A stretch of 32,000 bases of DNA from Mycobacterium tuberculosis H37Rv (GCF_000195955.2 NC_000962.3:540001-572000); one strand, 5' to 3'; shown: positions 14,016 to 24,934, counted from the first letter of the stretch. Translations and numbers: made by a program. The notes: generated by a model from the letters alone, not told the origin.

Positions 14016-14309
14016 ATGACGAGGCGCGCGAGCACTGACACCCCCCAGATCATCATGGGTGCCATCGGTGGTGTGGTTACCGGCTACATCCTCTGGCTGG
14101 CGGCGATCTCCGTCGGCGATGGTCTGACGACGGTGAGTCAATGGAGTCGCGTGGTGTTATTGCTGTCGGTCCTGGTGGCGGTGTGCGGCGCGGCGGGCGG
14201 CTTGCGGCTGCGCAGCCGCGGCAAGCTCGCGTGGTCGGCGTTTGCTTTCAGTTTGCCGATTCCTCCCGTGGTGCTGACCGTGGCGGTGCTGGCCGACATC
14301 TACCTTTGA
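14016..14309 (+). CDS. Small membrane protein
   Basis: 97 aa with three hydrophobic segments (IIMGAIGGVVTGYILWLAAISV, VVLLLSVLVAVCGAAGGL, FSLPIPPVVLTVAVLADIYL). Matches Rv0463. Confidence 0.75.
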   Translation: MTRRASTDTPQIIMGAIGGVVTGYILWLAAISVGDGLTTVSQWSRVVLLLSVLVAVCGAAGGLRLRSRGKLAWSAFAFSLPIPPVVLTVAVLADIYL

Positions 14310-14312
14310 CGG

Positions 14313-14885
14313 CTACTGTGGGTTGTCCGGCGGGATGGCCAGGGCGGTGATCGTTGCGGCGATCGCGTCGTATTGGGTTGCGAGTAAACAGAATTCGATC
14401 AACAGGCGCGGATCGAGGTGAGTTGCCAGCCGCTCCCAGGTGCCCGCGGTGATCGTGCGATCCTTGATCAATTCATCGGTAGCCTGTAGCAGCGCCTGTT
14501 GGCGGGCGCTGAGCACTTTTCGCGGTCCGTCTCCATCTGGAACGTCGGGCCAGGCGAATATCGTGGCCTGGGTGTTGGCGTCTAGGCCCCGACGGCGCGC
14601 CATTCGGCGATGATGCTGAAGTTCGTATTCGCAAGATCGTAGGTGTGCGACCCGAAGGATCACCAACTCGGTATCGACGCCGGGCAGCCGCCCGTGCAGT
14701 AGTCGGCCGGTGTAGATGGCAAAGGTCCAGAACAAGTACTGGCGGTAGCCCAGCGTGGTGAACAGGTGCATCTGCGGTGCCCCAACCGCACGTGCGGCCA
14801 GCTTGGCCACCAGCCAGTTGACCGGCCCCAGCTGGCGGAACTTCCCCGGGGAGATACGCGCGACTTGGCCGTTCTGACCGGTCAT
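14313..14885 (-). CDS. AhpD/carboxymuconolactone decarboxylase-like protein
   Basis: 190 aa from ATG 14885 (MTGQNGQVARISPGKF...). Central ELVILRVAHLRSCEYELQHHRRMARRRGL resembles the CMD domain. ATGA overlap with ramB. Matches Rv0464c. Confidence 0.83.
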   Translation of the reverse strand: MTGQNGQVARISPGKFRQLGPVNWLVAKLAARAVGAPQMHLFTTLGYRQYLFWTFAIYTGRLLHGRLPGVDTELVILRVAHLRSCEYELQHHRRMARRRGLDANTQATIFAWPDVPDGDGPRKVLSARQQALLQATDELIKDRTITAGTWERLATHLDPRLLIEFCLLATQYDAIAATITALAIPPDNPQ

Positions 14886-16306
14886 AGTTGTTTCACCAGA
14901 TACGGGGACACCGTGCTGCGGTGTTCGTCGAGATCCAGTGCCCGCCCCAAGGCGGGGAAGGCGCGTTGCGGACAGTTGTCGCGTTCGCAGACGCGGCAAC
15001 CGGCGCCGATAGGTGTGGCCGCAGTATTCGGGTCACCCGACAAGTCGAGTCCTTCCGAGTAGACGAGCCGGTGCGCGTGGCGAAGTTCGCAGCCCAGCCC
15101 GATCGCGAAGGTCTTACCGGGCTGACCATACCGGGCGGCCCGGAGCTCAACGGTGCGGGCCACCCACAGGTAGTTGCGGCCGTCGGGCATCTGGGCGATT
15201 TGCACCAAGATCTTCCCCGGGTTGGCAAACGTTTCGTAGACGTTCCACAGCGGGCAGGTGCCGCCGCTGGAGGAGAAGTGAAAGCCGGTGGCCGACTGAC
15301 GTTTTGACATGTTTCCCGCTCGGTCCACCCGGACGAAGGTGAACGGGACCCCGCGCATCGAAGGCCGTTGTAGTGTCGACAGCCGGTGGGCGATGGTCTC
15401 GTAGCTCACCGAGTAGAACGCCGACAGCCGCTCGACGTCGTAGCGGAAATTCTCGGCGACGTCGTGGAACTGGCGGTAGGGCAGCACGGTGGCCGCGGCG
15501 AAGTAATTAGCCAGGCCCAGCCGGGCCAACGTCCGCGACTCGGCGCTGGTGAACTTGCCGTCGGTGACCATGGCGTCGATGAGGTCGCCGAACTCGAGAT
15601 AGGCCAACTCGGCGGCCATCTTGAACACCTGCTGGCCCGGGGAGAGGTGACTGCTGATCTCCAGCGTGTTGGTCGCGGGGTCGTAGCGGTGCAGCACGGT
15701 GTCACCGAGGTCGATGCGCTTGTTGATGCGTACTCCGTGCACCTCGGTGAGCCGGCGGGTCAATTCGCGGGCCAGGTCGCCGTGGTGCATCCGCATCTGG
15801 GCCGTGAGGTCTTCGGCCGCGGTGTCCAGCGCATGTAGATAGTTCTGGCGTTGGTAGAAGTAGTCGCGCACCTCTTCGTGCGGCATGGTGATCGACCCTC
15901 GGCCACTGCCGTCGGAGAACCGCTCCTCGGTCGCGGCGGCCAGCTGCGCGGTGGTGATCCGGTAGCGCCGATGCAGGTTGACCACCGCGCAGGCCAGCCC
16001 GGGATGAGCGCTGACCATTTCGGCCACTTCATGCGGGTCGATGGCGATGTCTAGATCGCGGTCCAGGGTCACCTCCCTGAGTTCGGCAACCAGCCGGGTG
16101 TCGTCCTGGGAGGCAAAGAACGTCGCGTCCACCCCGAACACTTCGGTGATGCGCAGCAGCACGGCCACGGTCAGCGGCCGGACGTCGTGTTCGATCTGGT
16201 TCAGATAGCTCGGCGAGATCTCCAGCATCTGGGCCAGCGCGGCCTGGCTGAACCCGCGCTCGTTACGCAGTTGGCGGACCCGCGAGCCGACGTAGGTCTT
16301 GGACAC
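14882..16306 (-). CDS. ramB: Transcriptional regulator RamB (XRE HTH plus short-chain fatty acyl regulator domain)
   Basis: 474 aa from GTG 16306 (VSKTYVGSRVRQLRNERGFSQAALAQMLEISPSYLNQIEHDVRPLTVAVLLRI...). C-terminal Cys-rich CRVCERDNCPQRAFP. Located near icl1. Confidence 0.93.
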   Translation of the reverse strand: MSKTYVGSRVRQLRNERGFSQAALAQMLEISPSYLNQIEHDVRPLTVAVLLRITEVFGVDATFFASQDDTRLVAELREVTLDRDLDIAIDPHEVAEMVSAHPGLACAVVNLHRRYRITTAQLAAATEERFSDGSGRGSITMPHEEVRDYFYQRQNYLHALDTAAEDLTAQMRMHHGDLARELTRRLTEVHGVRINKRIDLGDTVLHRYDPATNTLEISSHLSPGQQVFKMAAELAYLEFGDLIDAMVTDGKFTSAESRTLARLGLANYFAAATVLPYRQFHDVAENFRYDVERLSAFYSVSYETIAHRLSTLQRPSMRGVPFTFVRVDRAGNMSKRQSATGFHFSSSGGTCPLWNVYETFANPGKILVQIAQMPDGRNYLWVARTVELRAARYGQPGKTFAIGLGCELRHAHRLVYSEGLDLSGDPNTAATPIGAGCRVCERDNCPQRAFPALGRALDLDEHRSTVSPYLVKQL

Positions 16307-16457
16307 CCAACCGAGCGTACCGGGTGTTGTGAAGACGCCATTCGCAGAGTTAGCAAGCGTGCTGCGATTGGTGTTTCCGCCACGGCGTTGGCATGATTCG
16401 CACCGGGACTCAAGGGTGAGCCTGAGGTACACGCGAGGAGGAAATGGGGAGAACGCC

Positions 16458-17252
16458 GTGAGCCTCGACAAAAAATTGATGCCCGTGCCCGACGGTCACC
16501 CCGACGTGTTCGACCGAGAATGGCCGCTGCGCGTCGGCGACATCGACCGCGCGGGCCGGCTGCGGCTGGACGCGGCTTGTCGGCACATCCAGGACATCGG
16601 TCAGGACCAACTGCGCGAGATGGGCTTCGAGGAGACCCACCCGCTGTGGATCGTCCGCAGGACCATGGTGGACCTTATCCGGCCGATCGAGTTCGGCGAC
16701 ATGCTGCGGTGTCGGCGCTGGTGCTCGGGCACCTCCAACCGGTGGTGTGAGATGCGAGTTCGTGTCGATGGCCGCAAGGGCGGCCTGATCGAATCCGAGG
16801 CGTTCTGGATCCACGTCAACCGGGAAACCGAGATGCCGGCCCGCATTGCCGACGACTTCCTCGCGGGTCTGCACCGGACCACGTCTGTTGATCGGCTGCG
16901 CTGGAAGGGCTATCTGAAGCCGGGCAGCCGGGATGATGCGTCGGAGATCCACGAGTTCCCGGTCCGGGTCACCGATATCGACTTGTTCGACCACATGAAC
17001 AACGCTGTCTATTGGAGTGTGATCGAGGACTACCTGGCGTCGCATGCAGAGCTGCTGCGGGGCCCTTTGCGGGTGACCATCGAGCATGAGGCGCCGGTTG
17101 CGCTCGGCGACAAGCTGGAGATCATCTCCCACGTTCACCCGGCTGGTTCGACCGAGATATTCGGCCCGGGGTTGGTCGACCGCGCTGTTACAACGCTCAC
17201 ATATGTGGTTGGCGACGAGCCCAAGGCAGTCGCCTCGCTGTTCAATCTGTGA
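16458..17252 (+). CDS. Acyl-ACP thioesterase-like (hotdog fold) protein
   Basis: 264 aa from GTG 16458 (VSLDKKLMPVPDGHPDVFDREWPLRVGDIDRAGRLRLDAACRHIQDIG...). Motifs IDLFDHMNNAVYWSVIEDYL. Matches Rv0466. Confidence 0.85.
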   Translation: MSLDKKLMPVPDGHPDVFDREWPLRVGDIDRAGRLRLDAACRHIQDIGQDQLREMGFEETHPLWIVRRTMVDLIRPIEFGDMLRCRRWCSGTSNRWCEMRVRVDGRKGGLIESEAFWIHVNRETEMPARIADDFLAGLHRTTSVDRLRWKGYLKPGSRDDASEIHEFPVRVTDIDLFDHMNNAVYWSVIEDYLASHAELLRGPLRVTIEHEAPVALGDKLEIISHVHPAGSTEIFGPGLVDRAVTTLTYVVGDEPKAVASLFNL

Positions 17253-17338
17253 CCGGATCCGCAGGACGTCGATCCGTGGGTTTACCTGCGGATTTGTCGT
17301 TACTGGCGGGTAGCTTCTGAAACGGTTCAGTTTTTGGG

Positions 17339-17390
17339 CGACTTCGCAAAATTTGCAAAAAGTCCGCAGGCCGTTGCCGAAATTCGCAAG
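17339..17390. promoter_or_regulatory. Cluster of RamB-like motifs upstream of icl1
   Basis: GACTTCGCAAAATTTGCAAAAAG...GAAATTCGCAAG contains three (T)TYGCAAR-type elements. These resemble the RamB motif (AAACTTTGCAAA-like) described in Corynebacterium. Confidence 0.5.
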
Positions 17391-17526
17391 TGAAATGGGT
17401 GGACCAGCGTTGACACGCTGTGCCATGGTCGAGTTAGCACACCAGTGAAGCTGCGCCGTTGACACCGCCTGGACGACGGTAGGGCGTCAGCGTTTTCGGC
17501 AATGAAAGACCGTTAAGGAGTTGTCT

Positions 17527-18813
17527 ATGTCTGTCGTCGGCACCCCGAAGAGCGCGGAGCAGATCCAGCAGGAATGGGACACGAACCCGCGCTGGAAGGA
17601 CGTCACCCGCACCTACTCCGCCGAGGACGTCGTCGCCCTCCAGGGCAGCGTGGTCGAGGAGCACACGCTGGCCCGCCGCGGTGCGGAGGTGCTGTGGGAG
17701 CAGCTGCACGACCTCGAGTGGGTCAACGCGCTGGGCGCGCTGACCGGCAACATGGCCGTCCAGCAGGTGCGCGCCGGCCTGAAGGCCATCTACCTGTCGG
17801 GCTGGCAGGTCGCCGGCGATGCCAACCTGTCCGGGCACACCTACCCCGACCAGAGCCTGTATCCCGCCAACTCGGTGCCGCAGGTGGTCCGCCGGATCAA
17901 CAACGCACTGCAGCGCGCCGACCAGATCGCCAAGATCGAGGGCGATACTTCGGTGGAGAACTGGCTGGCGCCGATTGTCGCCGACGGCGAGGCCGGCTTT
18001 GGCGGCGCGCTCAACGTCTACGAGCTGCAGAAAGCCCTGATCGCCGCGGGCGTTGCGGGTTCGCACTGGGAGGACCAGTTGGCCTCTGAGAAGAAGTGCG
18101 GCCACCTGGGCGGCAAGGTGTTGATCCCGACCCAGCAGCACATCCGCACTTTGACGTCTGCTCGGCTCGCGGCCGATGTGGCTGATGTTCCCACGGTGGT
18201 GATCGCCCGTACCGACGCCGAGGCGGCCACGCTGATCACCTCCGACGTCGACGAGCGCGACCAGCCGTTCATCACCGGCGAGCGCACCCGGGAAGGCTTC
18301 TACCGCACCAAGAACGGCATCGAGCCTTGCATCGCTCGGGCGAAGGCCTACGCCCCGTTCGCCGACTTGATCTGGATGGAGACCGGTACCCCGGACCTCG
18401 AGGCCGCCCGGCAGTTCTCCGAGGCGGTCAAGGCGGAGTACCCGGACCAGATGCTGGCCTACAACTGCTCGCCATCGTTCAACTGGAAAAAGCACCTCGA
18501 CGACGCCACCATCGCCAAGTTCCAGAAGGAGCTGGCAGCCATGGGCTTCAAGTTCCAGTTCATCACGCTGGCCGGCTTCCATGCGCTGAACTACTCGATG
18601 TTCGATCTGGCCTACGGCTACGCCCAGAACCAGATGAGCGCGTATGTCGAACTGCAGGAACGCGAGTTCGCCGCCGAAGAACGGGGCTACACCGCGACCA
18701 AGCACCAGCGCGAGGTCGGCGCCGGCTACTTCGACCGGATTGCCACCACCGTGGACCCGAATTCGTCGACCACCGCGTTGACCGGTTCCACCGAAGAGGG
18801 CCAGTTCCACTAG
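17527..18813 (+). CDS. icl1: Isocitrate lyase
   Basis: 428 aa from ATG 17527 with AAGGAG upstream. Catalytic [28 protein letters not shown]. Confidence 0.97.
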   Translation: MSVVGTPKSAEQIQQEWDTNPRWKDVTRTYSAEDVVALQGSVVEEHTLARRGAEVLWEQLHDLEWVNALGALTGNMAVQQVRAGLKAIYLSGWQVAGDANLSGHTYPDQSLYPANSVPQVVRRINNALQRADQIAKIEGDTSVENWLAPIVADGEAGFGGALNVYELQKALIAAGVAGSHWEDQLASEKKCGHLGGKVLIPTQQHIRTLTSARLAADVADVPTVVIARTDAEAATLITSDVDERDQPFITGERTREGFYRTKNGIEPCIARAKAYAPFADLIWMETGTPDLEAARQFSEAVKAEYPDQMLAYNCSPSFNWKKHLDDATIAKFQKELAAMGFKFQFITLAGFHALNYSMFDLAYGYAQNQMSAYVELQEREFAAEERGYTATKHQREVGAGYFDRIATTVDPNSSTTALTGSTEEGQFH

Positions 18814-18818
18814 TCTGC

Positions 18819-18876
18819 CGAGCAGACGCAAAAGCACCCTTTTGCGGCGCAAAAGTGGCGCTTTTGCGTCTGCTCG
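18819..18876. terminator. Long near-perfect hairpin between icl1 and fadB2
   Basis: 17-bp perfect arms CGAGCAGACGCAAAAGC / GCTTTTGCGTCTGCTCG (18819-18835, 18860-18876), plus an inner 7-bp stem CTTTTGC-type (18839-18845 / 18849-18855). Confidence 0.75.
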
Positions 18877-18894
18877 CGCATTTGAGGAGGAACA

Positions 18895-19755
18895 GTGAGC
18901 GATGCGATCCAGCGGGTAGGGGTTGTCGGGGCCGGGCAGATGGGGTCCGGCATCGCCGAGGTCTCGGCTCGCGCCGGCGTCGAAGTGACGGTGTTCGAGC
19001 CGGCCGAGGCGTTGATCACCGCGGGACGCAACCGCATCGTGAAGTCGCTGGAGCGGGCCGTCAGCGCCGGCAAGGTAACCGAGCGCGAGCGTGACCGCGC
19101 CCTCGGCCTGTTGACCTTCACCACCGACCTCAACGACCTATCCGATAGGCAACTGGTGATCGAGGCCGTTGTCGAGGACGAGGCCGTCAAGTCCGAGATC
19201 TTCGCCGAGCTCGACCGGGTCGTCACCGATCCGGACGCGGTGCTGGCGTCGAATACCTCCAGCATCCCGATCATGAAGGTCGCCGCGGCCACCAAGCAGC
19301 CGCAACGGGTTCTTGGCCTGCATTTCTTCAATCCGGTCCCGGTGCTGCCGCTGGTCGAGTTGGTGCGCACGCTGGTCACCGACGAAGCCGCCGCCGCGCG
19401 CACGGAGGAGTTTGCCAGTACTGTGCTGGGCAAACAGGTCGTGCGTTGCTCCGACCGCTCCGGATTCGTGGTCAATGCGCTCCTGGTGCCGTATTTGCTG
19501 TCGGCGATTCGGATGGTCGAGGCCGGGTTTGCCACCGTCGAAGATGTCGACAAGGCCGTTGTTGCGGGGTTATCGCACCCGATGGGTCCGCTGCGGCTTT
19601 CCGATCTTGTCGGCCTAGACACCCTCAAGCTGATCGCGGACAAGATGTTCGAAGAATTCAAAGAACCGCACTACGGGCCCCCTCCGCTGTTGCTGCGTAT
19701 GGTTGAGGCGGGCCAGTTGGGAAAGAAATCGGGTCGAGGTTTCTACACGTACTGA
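18895..19755 (+). CDS. fadB2: 3-hydroxybutyryl-CoA dehydrogenase
   Basis: 286 aa. NAD-binding VGVVGAGQMGSGIAEVSARAG, HCDH motifs LGLHFFNPVPVLPLVE. Confidence 0.95.
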   Translation: MSDAIQRVGVVGAGQMGSGIAEVSARAGVEVTVFEPAEALITAGRNRIVKSLERAVSAGKVTERERDRALGLLTFTTDLNDLSDRQLVIEAVVEDEAVKSEIFAELDRVVTDPDAVLASNTSSIPIMKVAAATKQPQRVLGLHFFNPVPVLPLVELVRTLVTDEAAAARTEEFASTVLGKQVVRCSDRSGFVVNALLVPYLLSAIRMVEAGFATVEDVDKAVVAGLSHPMGPLRLSDLVGLDTLKLIADKMFEEFKEPHYGPPPLLLRMVEAGQLGKKSGRGFYTY

Positions 19756-19851
19756 AGTGTATGAACGGCCCCCAGGCTTGACGCAAGGCGAGATCACAGA
19801 CCGAGACGGTGTGGTTACGATCGTGTGACAGCCGTTGCGTACATCGGGTAG

Positions 19852-20748
<897 letters not shown>

Positions 20749-20847
20749 CCCATCGCCGCCCGAGCACCCCAGGGGTTGCGGAGCTCACGCCGGGTGTGGC
20801 TTGACGCCCGGGCACCGGCCGGTGGGTAGCCAGCGCGCTTTGTCCGG

Positions 20848-21711
20848 TTACTTTTCCAGTGTGAACTGGTCGACGTCGGTGTAACCCTGGCGGAACAGCT
20901 TCGCGCAGCCGGTCAGGTACTTCATGTAGCGGTCGTAGACAGTCTGCGACTGGATCGCGATGGCCTGATCTTTGTTGGCCTCGAGCGCTGTGGCCCACAT
21001 GTCCAGCGTCCTGGCGTAGTGCAGCTGCAATGACTGGACCGCGGTGACCCGGAAGCCGACCTTCTCGGCGTACTCGTGCACCGTCGGGATGGACGGCAGC
21101 CAGCCACCGGGGAAGATCTCGGCCAGGATGAATTTGGTGAAGTGAACCAGTTCGTGGGTCAACGTCAGGCCCTTTTCCCTGCCTTCTTTGAAGGTGGGGC
21201 GCACGATGGTGTGCAGCAACATCTTGCCGTCGGCCGGCAACGTGCGGTGGGTCACCTCGAAGAAATGGTGGTAGCGCTGGTGGCCGAAGTGCTCGAACGC
21301 GCCGATCGAGACGATGCGGTCGACGGGCTCGTCAAATTTCTCCCATCCCTCCAGCAACACTCGTCTGGAGCGGGGGGTGTCCATTTGGTCGAACATTTTC
21401 TGGACATGACCGGCCTGGTTCTCCGACAACGTCAGGCCCACGACATTGACGTCGTATTTCTCGATGGCGCGCCGCATGGTCGCGCCCCAGCCGCAGCCGA
21501 TGTCCAGCAACGTCATCCCGGGTTCGAGGTTCAGCTTGCCCAGGGCCAGGTCGATCTTGGCGATCTGGGCCTCCTGCAGCGTCATGTCGTCGCGTTCGAA
21601 GTAGGCACAGCTGTAGGTCTGGGTGGGGTCCAAGAACAGCCGGAAAAAGTCGTCGGAGAGGTCGTAATGAGCTTGCACGTTTCCAAAATGCGGCGTGAGC
21701 TGCACGGACAT
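20848..21711 (-). CDS. pcaA: Cyclopropane mycolic acid synthase
   Basis: 287 aa. [51 protein letters not shown]. Convergent with umaA. Confidence 0.95.
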   Translation of the reverse strand: MSVQLTPHFGNVQAHYDLSDDFFRLFLDPTQTYSCAYFERDDMTLQEAQIAKIDLALGKLNLEPGMTLLDIGCGWGATMRRAIEKYDVNVVGLTLSENQAGHVQKMFDQMDTPRSRRVLLEGWEKFDEPVDRIVSIGAFEHFGHQRYHHFFEVTHRTLPADGKMLLHTIVRPTFKEGREKGLTLTHELVHFTKFILAEIFPGGWLPSIPTVHEYAEKVGFRVTAVQSLQLHYARTLDMWATALEANKDQAIAIQSQTVYDRYMKYLTGCAKLFRQGYTDVDQFTLEK

Positions 21712-21863
21712 ACCGATTGAGCCTTTCTGTGTTCCGAGGCCCGCATCCGCTTGCCTCGACGCACCCCTGATCTATCCCCGATGCATCCCTTGCATGCTAG
21801 CTGCTGAAAGGCGGCCCAGTCGCAATCGGCGCCATGACCAGCTGTCGCAGCCGTCAGCGAAAA

Positions 21864-22713
21864 TCACCAGGCGCGCCGCCAGGCACCGATCGCCAGGCCC
21901 ACAACCAGCAGCGCACCGGCCTGACGCACGTGCAGCCAGGCCAACGCGGCATACCACAGCGGCCACACCGGAAACGCCGGTGGCGGCTGCTGGGGCCGCC
22001 GTCGCAGGAAATAGGGCCACACTTTCGCCAGCCGGGGCAGCGCCCCGGCGACCAGCAACGCGGCCAGGGCATGGCAGCCAGCATGACGTTTACGGCGATA
22101 AGTAGGTAGAAGCCGACCATCATGGCCAGTGTCACGGTGCGCGCGCACGTTTCGCCGAGTAGCACCGGCAGCGTTCGGATACCCAGCGGTTCGTCGTAAC
22201 CGATCTTGTCGATGTGCTTACCCATCAGCACCGTGGTGCACAACAGCCCGTAGGGGAGCGACGCCAGCACGACCTCCCAACCGCCCGCGCCCACCGCGGC
22301 GTAGTAGGTTCCAGCGCACGCTCGGGTGAGCCGCAGCTGGTGGTTCGTCGAGGCGTGGTATATGCGGCACGGTTGGCCCCGGTAGCGGCCGGGTGCTGGG
22401 CATAGCGGGCGCGCGCGTAGGTGGCGCTGTCAGTACCGACATCGGTGTCGTAGAGATCGTTCATAAGGTTGTTGGCGATGTGCGGCGCATGTGATTCCCA
22501 CCACAGGACGAGCCAGCGCCAATCCAAGCCAGGCTCGCCGATCGCCAACAGCCCCGCGACCAGGCCGGAGACCAGGGTCATCGGCAGCACTGCGGCCCGG
22601 GTGACGACGAGCCACCGGGTGACCGTGTCGGTCGGCCCGTCAGCTGGCGGGTTGGTGGTGCGAAGTGCGTAGGCCCACGATCTGAGCCGGGAGCCCGCGC
22701 CCGCGTCGGGCAT
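21864..22713 (-). pseudogene. Frameshifted and internally deleted UbiA-type prenyltransferase
   Basis: Three frames form one homology. Frame A (ORF 22225..22713): LRTTNPPAD...NNLMNDLYDTDVGTDSATYARARYAQHP. Frame B (ORF 21854..22294): GTYYAAVGAGGWEVVLASLPYGLLCTTVLMGKHIDKIGYDEPLGIRTLPVLLGE. Frame C (ORF 21864..22148): ALAALLVAGALPRLAKVWPYFLRRRPQQPPPAFPVWPLWYAALA. Confidence 0.75.
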
Positions 22714-22722
22714 CCCTAAAGC

Positions 22723-23427
22723 CTAGACCTGCCCCCAGGCAGGCACGATCGGCGAAGGATGCGGCTGCTCGCGAAACTTCTCCAACGATCCGCCGGCCTC
22801 GACGATGCCGCACAGTGCGCTCCAGCTCAGCATCGTCAGGTAGTCGATCAGTTCGTCACTGCTCATGCGCGGGTCTGACATCCAGGAGTGGGTGGCCAGC
22901 TGCACGCCGCCCACGATCAGATATGCCCACGGCTCGACTCCGCCGGTGTCCATCCCGGCTTCTTGCATGCGGCGGCGCAGCATCACCGCGAGCATGCGGG
23001 CAATGATTCGCTCCGAGTCGGCAATCACTTTGCTTTTGCTGGCCGAGCTATTCGCCATCACGAACCGATACGGCTCCGGTTGGGCCGCCACGGTCTCGAC
23101 ATAGACCCGGATGATTTCGCGGGTCAGTTCGAAACCATCCATATCGGCCGACAGCGCAGCGATCATGTTGGGGATCAAGGTGGTCTGCGTGAACCGCATC
23201 ATCACGGCGGTCGTCAGGTCGTTTTTGTCGACGAAGTAGCGGTAGAGCACGGTCTTGGAGACCCCGATCTCGGCCGCTATCTCGTCCATGCTGAGGAAGC
23301 GGCCATGCCGGCGAATCGCCTCAATCGTGCCGTCCACCAGCTCATTGCGGCGCTCCACCTTGTGCTGGTGCCAGCGTCGCTTGCGACCATCCGTCTTCAC
23401 GGTCACGGCCGGGATACGCTCTGCCAC
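22723..23427 (-). CDS. TetR-family transcriptional regulator
   Basis: 234 aa in track ORF 22723..23493. HTH: DGTIEAIRRHGRFLSMDEIAAEIGVSKTVLYRYFVDKNDLT. Matches Rv0472c; start uncertain. Confidence 0.88.
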   Translation of the reverse strand: MAERIPAVTVKTDGRKRRWHQHKVERRNELVDGTIEAIRRHGRFLSMDEIAAEIGVSKTVLYRYFVDKNDLTTAVMMRFTQTTLIPNMIAALSADMDGFELTREIIRVYVETVAAQPEPYRFVMANSSASKSKVIADSERIIARMLAVMLRRRMQEAGMDTGGVEPWAYLIVGGVQLATHSWMSDPRMSSDELIDYLTMLSWSALCGIVEAGGSLEKFREQPHPSPIVPAWGQV

Positions 23428-23563
23428 TGTTGCCAATTCCCATTCACTAGACGCTCCCGATACTACGGCCAATTGGGGGTCCTGCTGGCACATTGGACGC
23501 GCGCGCGGGGTGCGCAGGACAGTGTCGTCACATTAACTGGTGCCGGTGATAGCGGATGATGGT

Positions 23564-24934
23564 GTGGTGGCACATAGAGCCGAGGTGTCGGGCTCGCCGC
23601 CGCCACGGCTGAATTTGAGCACCCAGCCGACGGTGGCGCGGCGTGTCCGCGCCTCCTTCGCGGAATCCTTCGCCGCAGCCGATCCGGAGGCGGATGCCGC
23701 CCGGCGGATGGCGCTGCGTCGGATGAAAGTGGTGGCAGTGGGGTTTTTGGTAGGCGCCACCGGCGTGTTCCTCGCTTGTCGCTGGGCACAGGCCGATGGC
23801 GCTGACCACGCGTGGCTGGGTTATCTGGGCGCTGCGGCGGAAGCCGGTATGGTCGGCGCCTTGGCGGACTGGTTCGCGGTGACCGCGCTGTTCAAGCATC
23901 CGCTAGGCATTCCGATCCCGCATACGGCGATCATCAAGCGCAAGAAGGATCAGCTGGGCGAGGGCCTGGGCACCTTCGTGCGGGAGAATTTCCTGTCGCC
24001 GCCGGTCGTGGAGACCAAGCTGCGTGATGCGCAGATACCGAGTCGGCTTGGCAAGTGGTTGTCAGAGGCCACGCATGCCCAGCGGGTGGCGGCCGAGACC
24101 GCAACGGTGCTGCGGGTGCTGGTGGAGCTGCTGCGTGACGAGGACATCCAGCAGGTGATCGACCGGATGATTGTGCGTCGTATCGCCGAACCGCAGTGGG
24201 GTCCGCCGGCGGGCCGGGTGCTGGCGACGTTGCTGGCCGAGAATCGGCAGGAAGCCTTTATCCAATTGTTGGCCGATCGGGCGTTCCAGTGGTCGCTCAA
24301 CGCCGGGGTGGTGATCCAGCGGGTGGTGGAGCGTGACTCGCCGAGTTGGTCGCCCCGATTCATCGACCACCTGGTTGGCGACCGTATCCACCGTGAGTTG
24401 ATGGAATTTACCGACAAGGTGCGCCGCAACCCCGATCACGAGTTGCGCCGTTCGGCTACCCGCTTCTTGTTCGATTTCGCTGACGACCTGCAACACGATC
24501 CGGCCACTGTCGCGCGCGCCGACGCGATCAAAGAGGAGCTAATGGCGCGCGATGAGATCGCCACTGCGGCCGCGGCGGCGTGGAAGACACTGAAGCGGTT
24601 GGTGCTCGAGGGTGTTGACGACCCGTCCAGTGCGTTGCGCACCCGCATCACCGATGCGGTCATCCGGATCGGCGAATCGCTTCGTGACGATGCCGACCTG
24701 CGTGACAAGGTAGACAGTTGGACGGTGCGGGCGGCCCAACATCTGGTCTCGGAGTACGGGGTGGAGATCACCGCGATCATCACCGAGACGATCGAGCGCT
24801 GGGACGCCGAGGAAGCCAGCCGGCGAATCGAACTGCACGTCGGCCGAGACCTGCAGTTCATTCGGATCAACGGAACAGTGGTCGGGGCGATGGCAGGGTT
24901 GGCGATCTATGCGATCGCGCAACTGTTGTTCTGA
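23564..24934 (+). CDS. DUF445 family membrane protein
   Basis: Track ORF 23540..24934 (GTG at 23564 likely). GALADWFAVTALFKHPLGIPIPHTAIIKRKKDQLGEGLGTFVRENFLSP is diagnostic of DUF445. Matches Rv0473. Confidence 0.9.
   Translation: MVAHRAEVSGSPPPRLNLSTQPTVARRVRASFAESFAAADPEADAARRMALRRMKVVAVGFLVGATGVFLACRWAQADGADHAWLGYLGAAAEAGMVGALADWFAVTALFKHPLGIPIPHTAIIKRKKDQLGEGLGTFVRENFLSPPVVETKLRDAQIPSRLGKWLSEATHAQRVAAETATVLRVLVELLRDEDIQQVIDRMIVRRIAEPQWGPPAGRVLATLLAENRQEAFIQLLADRAFQWSLNAGVVIQRVVERDSPSWSPRFIDHLVGDRIHRELMEFTDKVRRNPDHELRRSATRFLFDFADDLQHDPATVARADAIKEELMARDEIATAAAAAWKTLKRLVLEGVDDPSSALRTRITDAVIRIGESLRDDADLRDKVDSWTVRAAQHLVSEYGVEITAIITETIERWDAEEASRRIELHVGRDLQFIRINGTVVGAMAGLAIYAIAQLLF

Noticed and set aside
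17434-18852. 472-aa minus-strand ORF opposite icl1
   Set aside because: The plus strand encodes a full canonical isocitrate lyase. The minus ORF is low-complexity G/V/L/R and typical of high-GC third-frame shadow ORFs.
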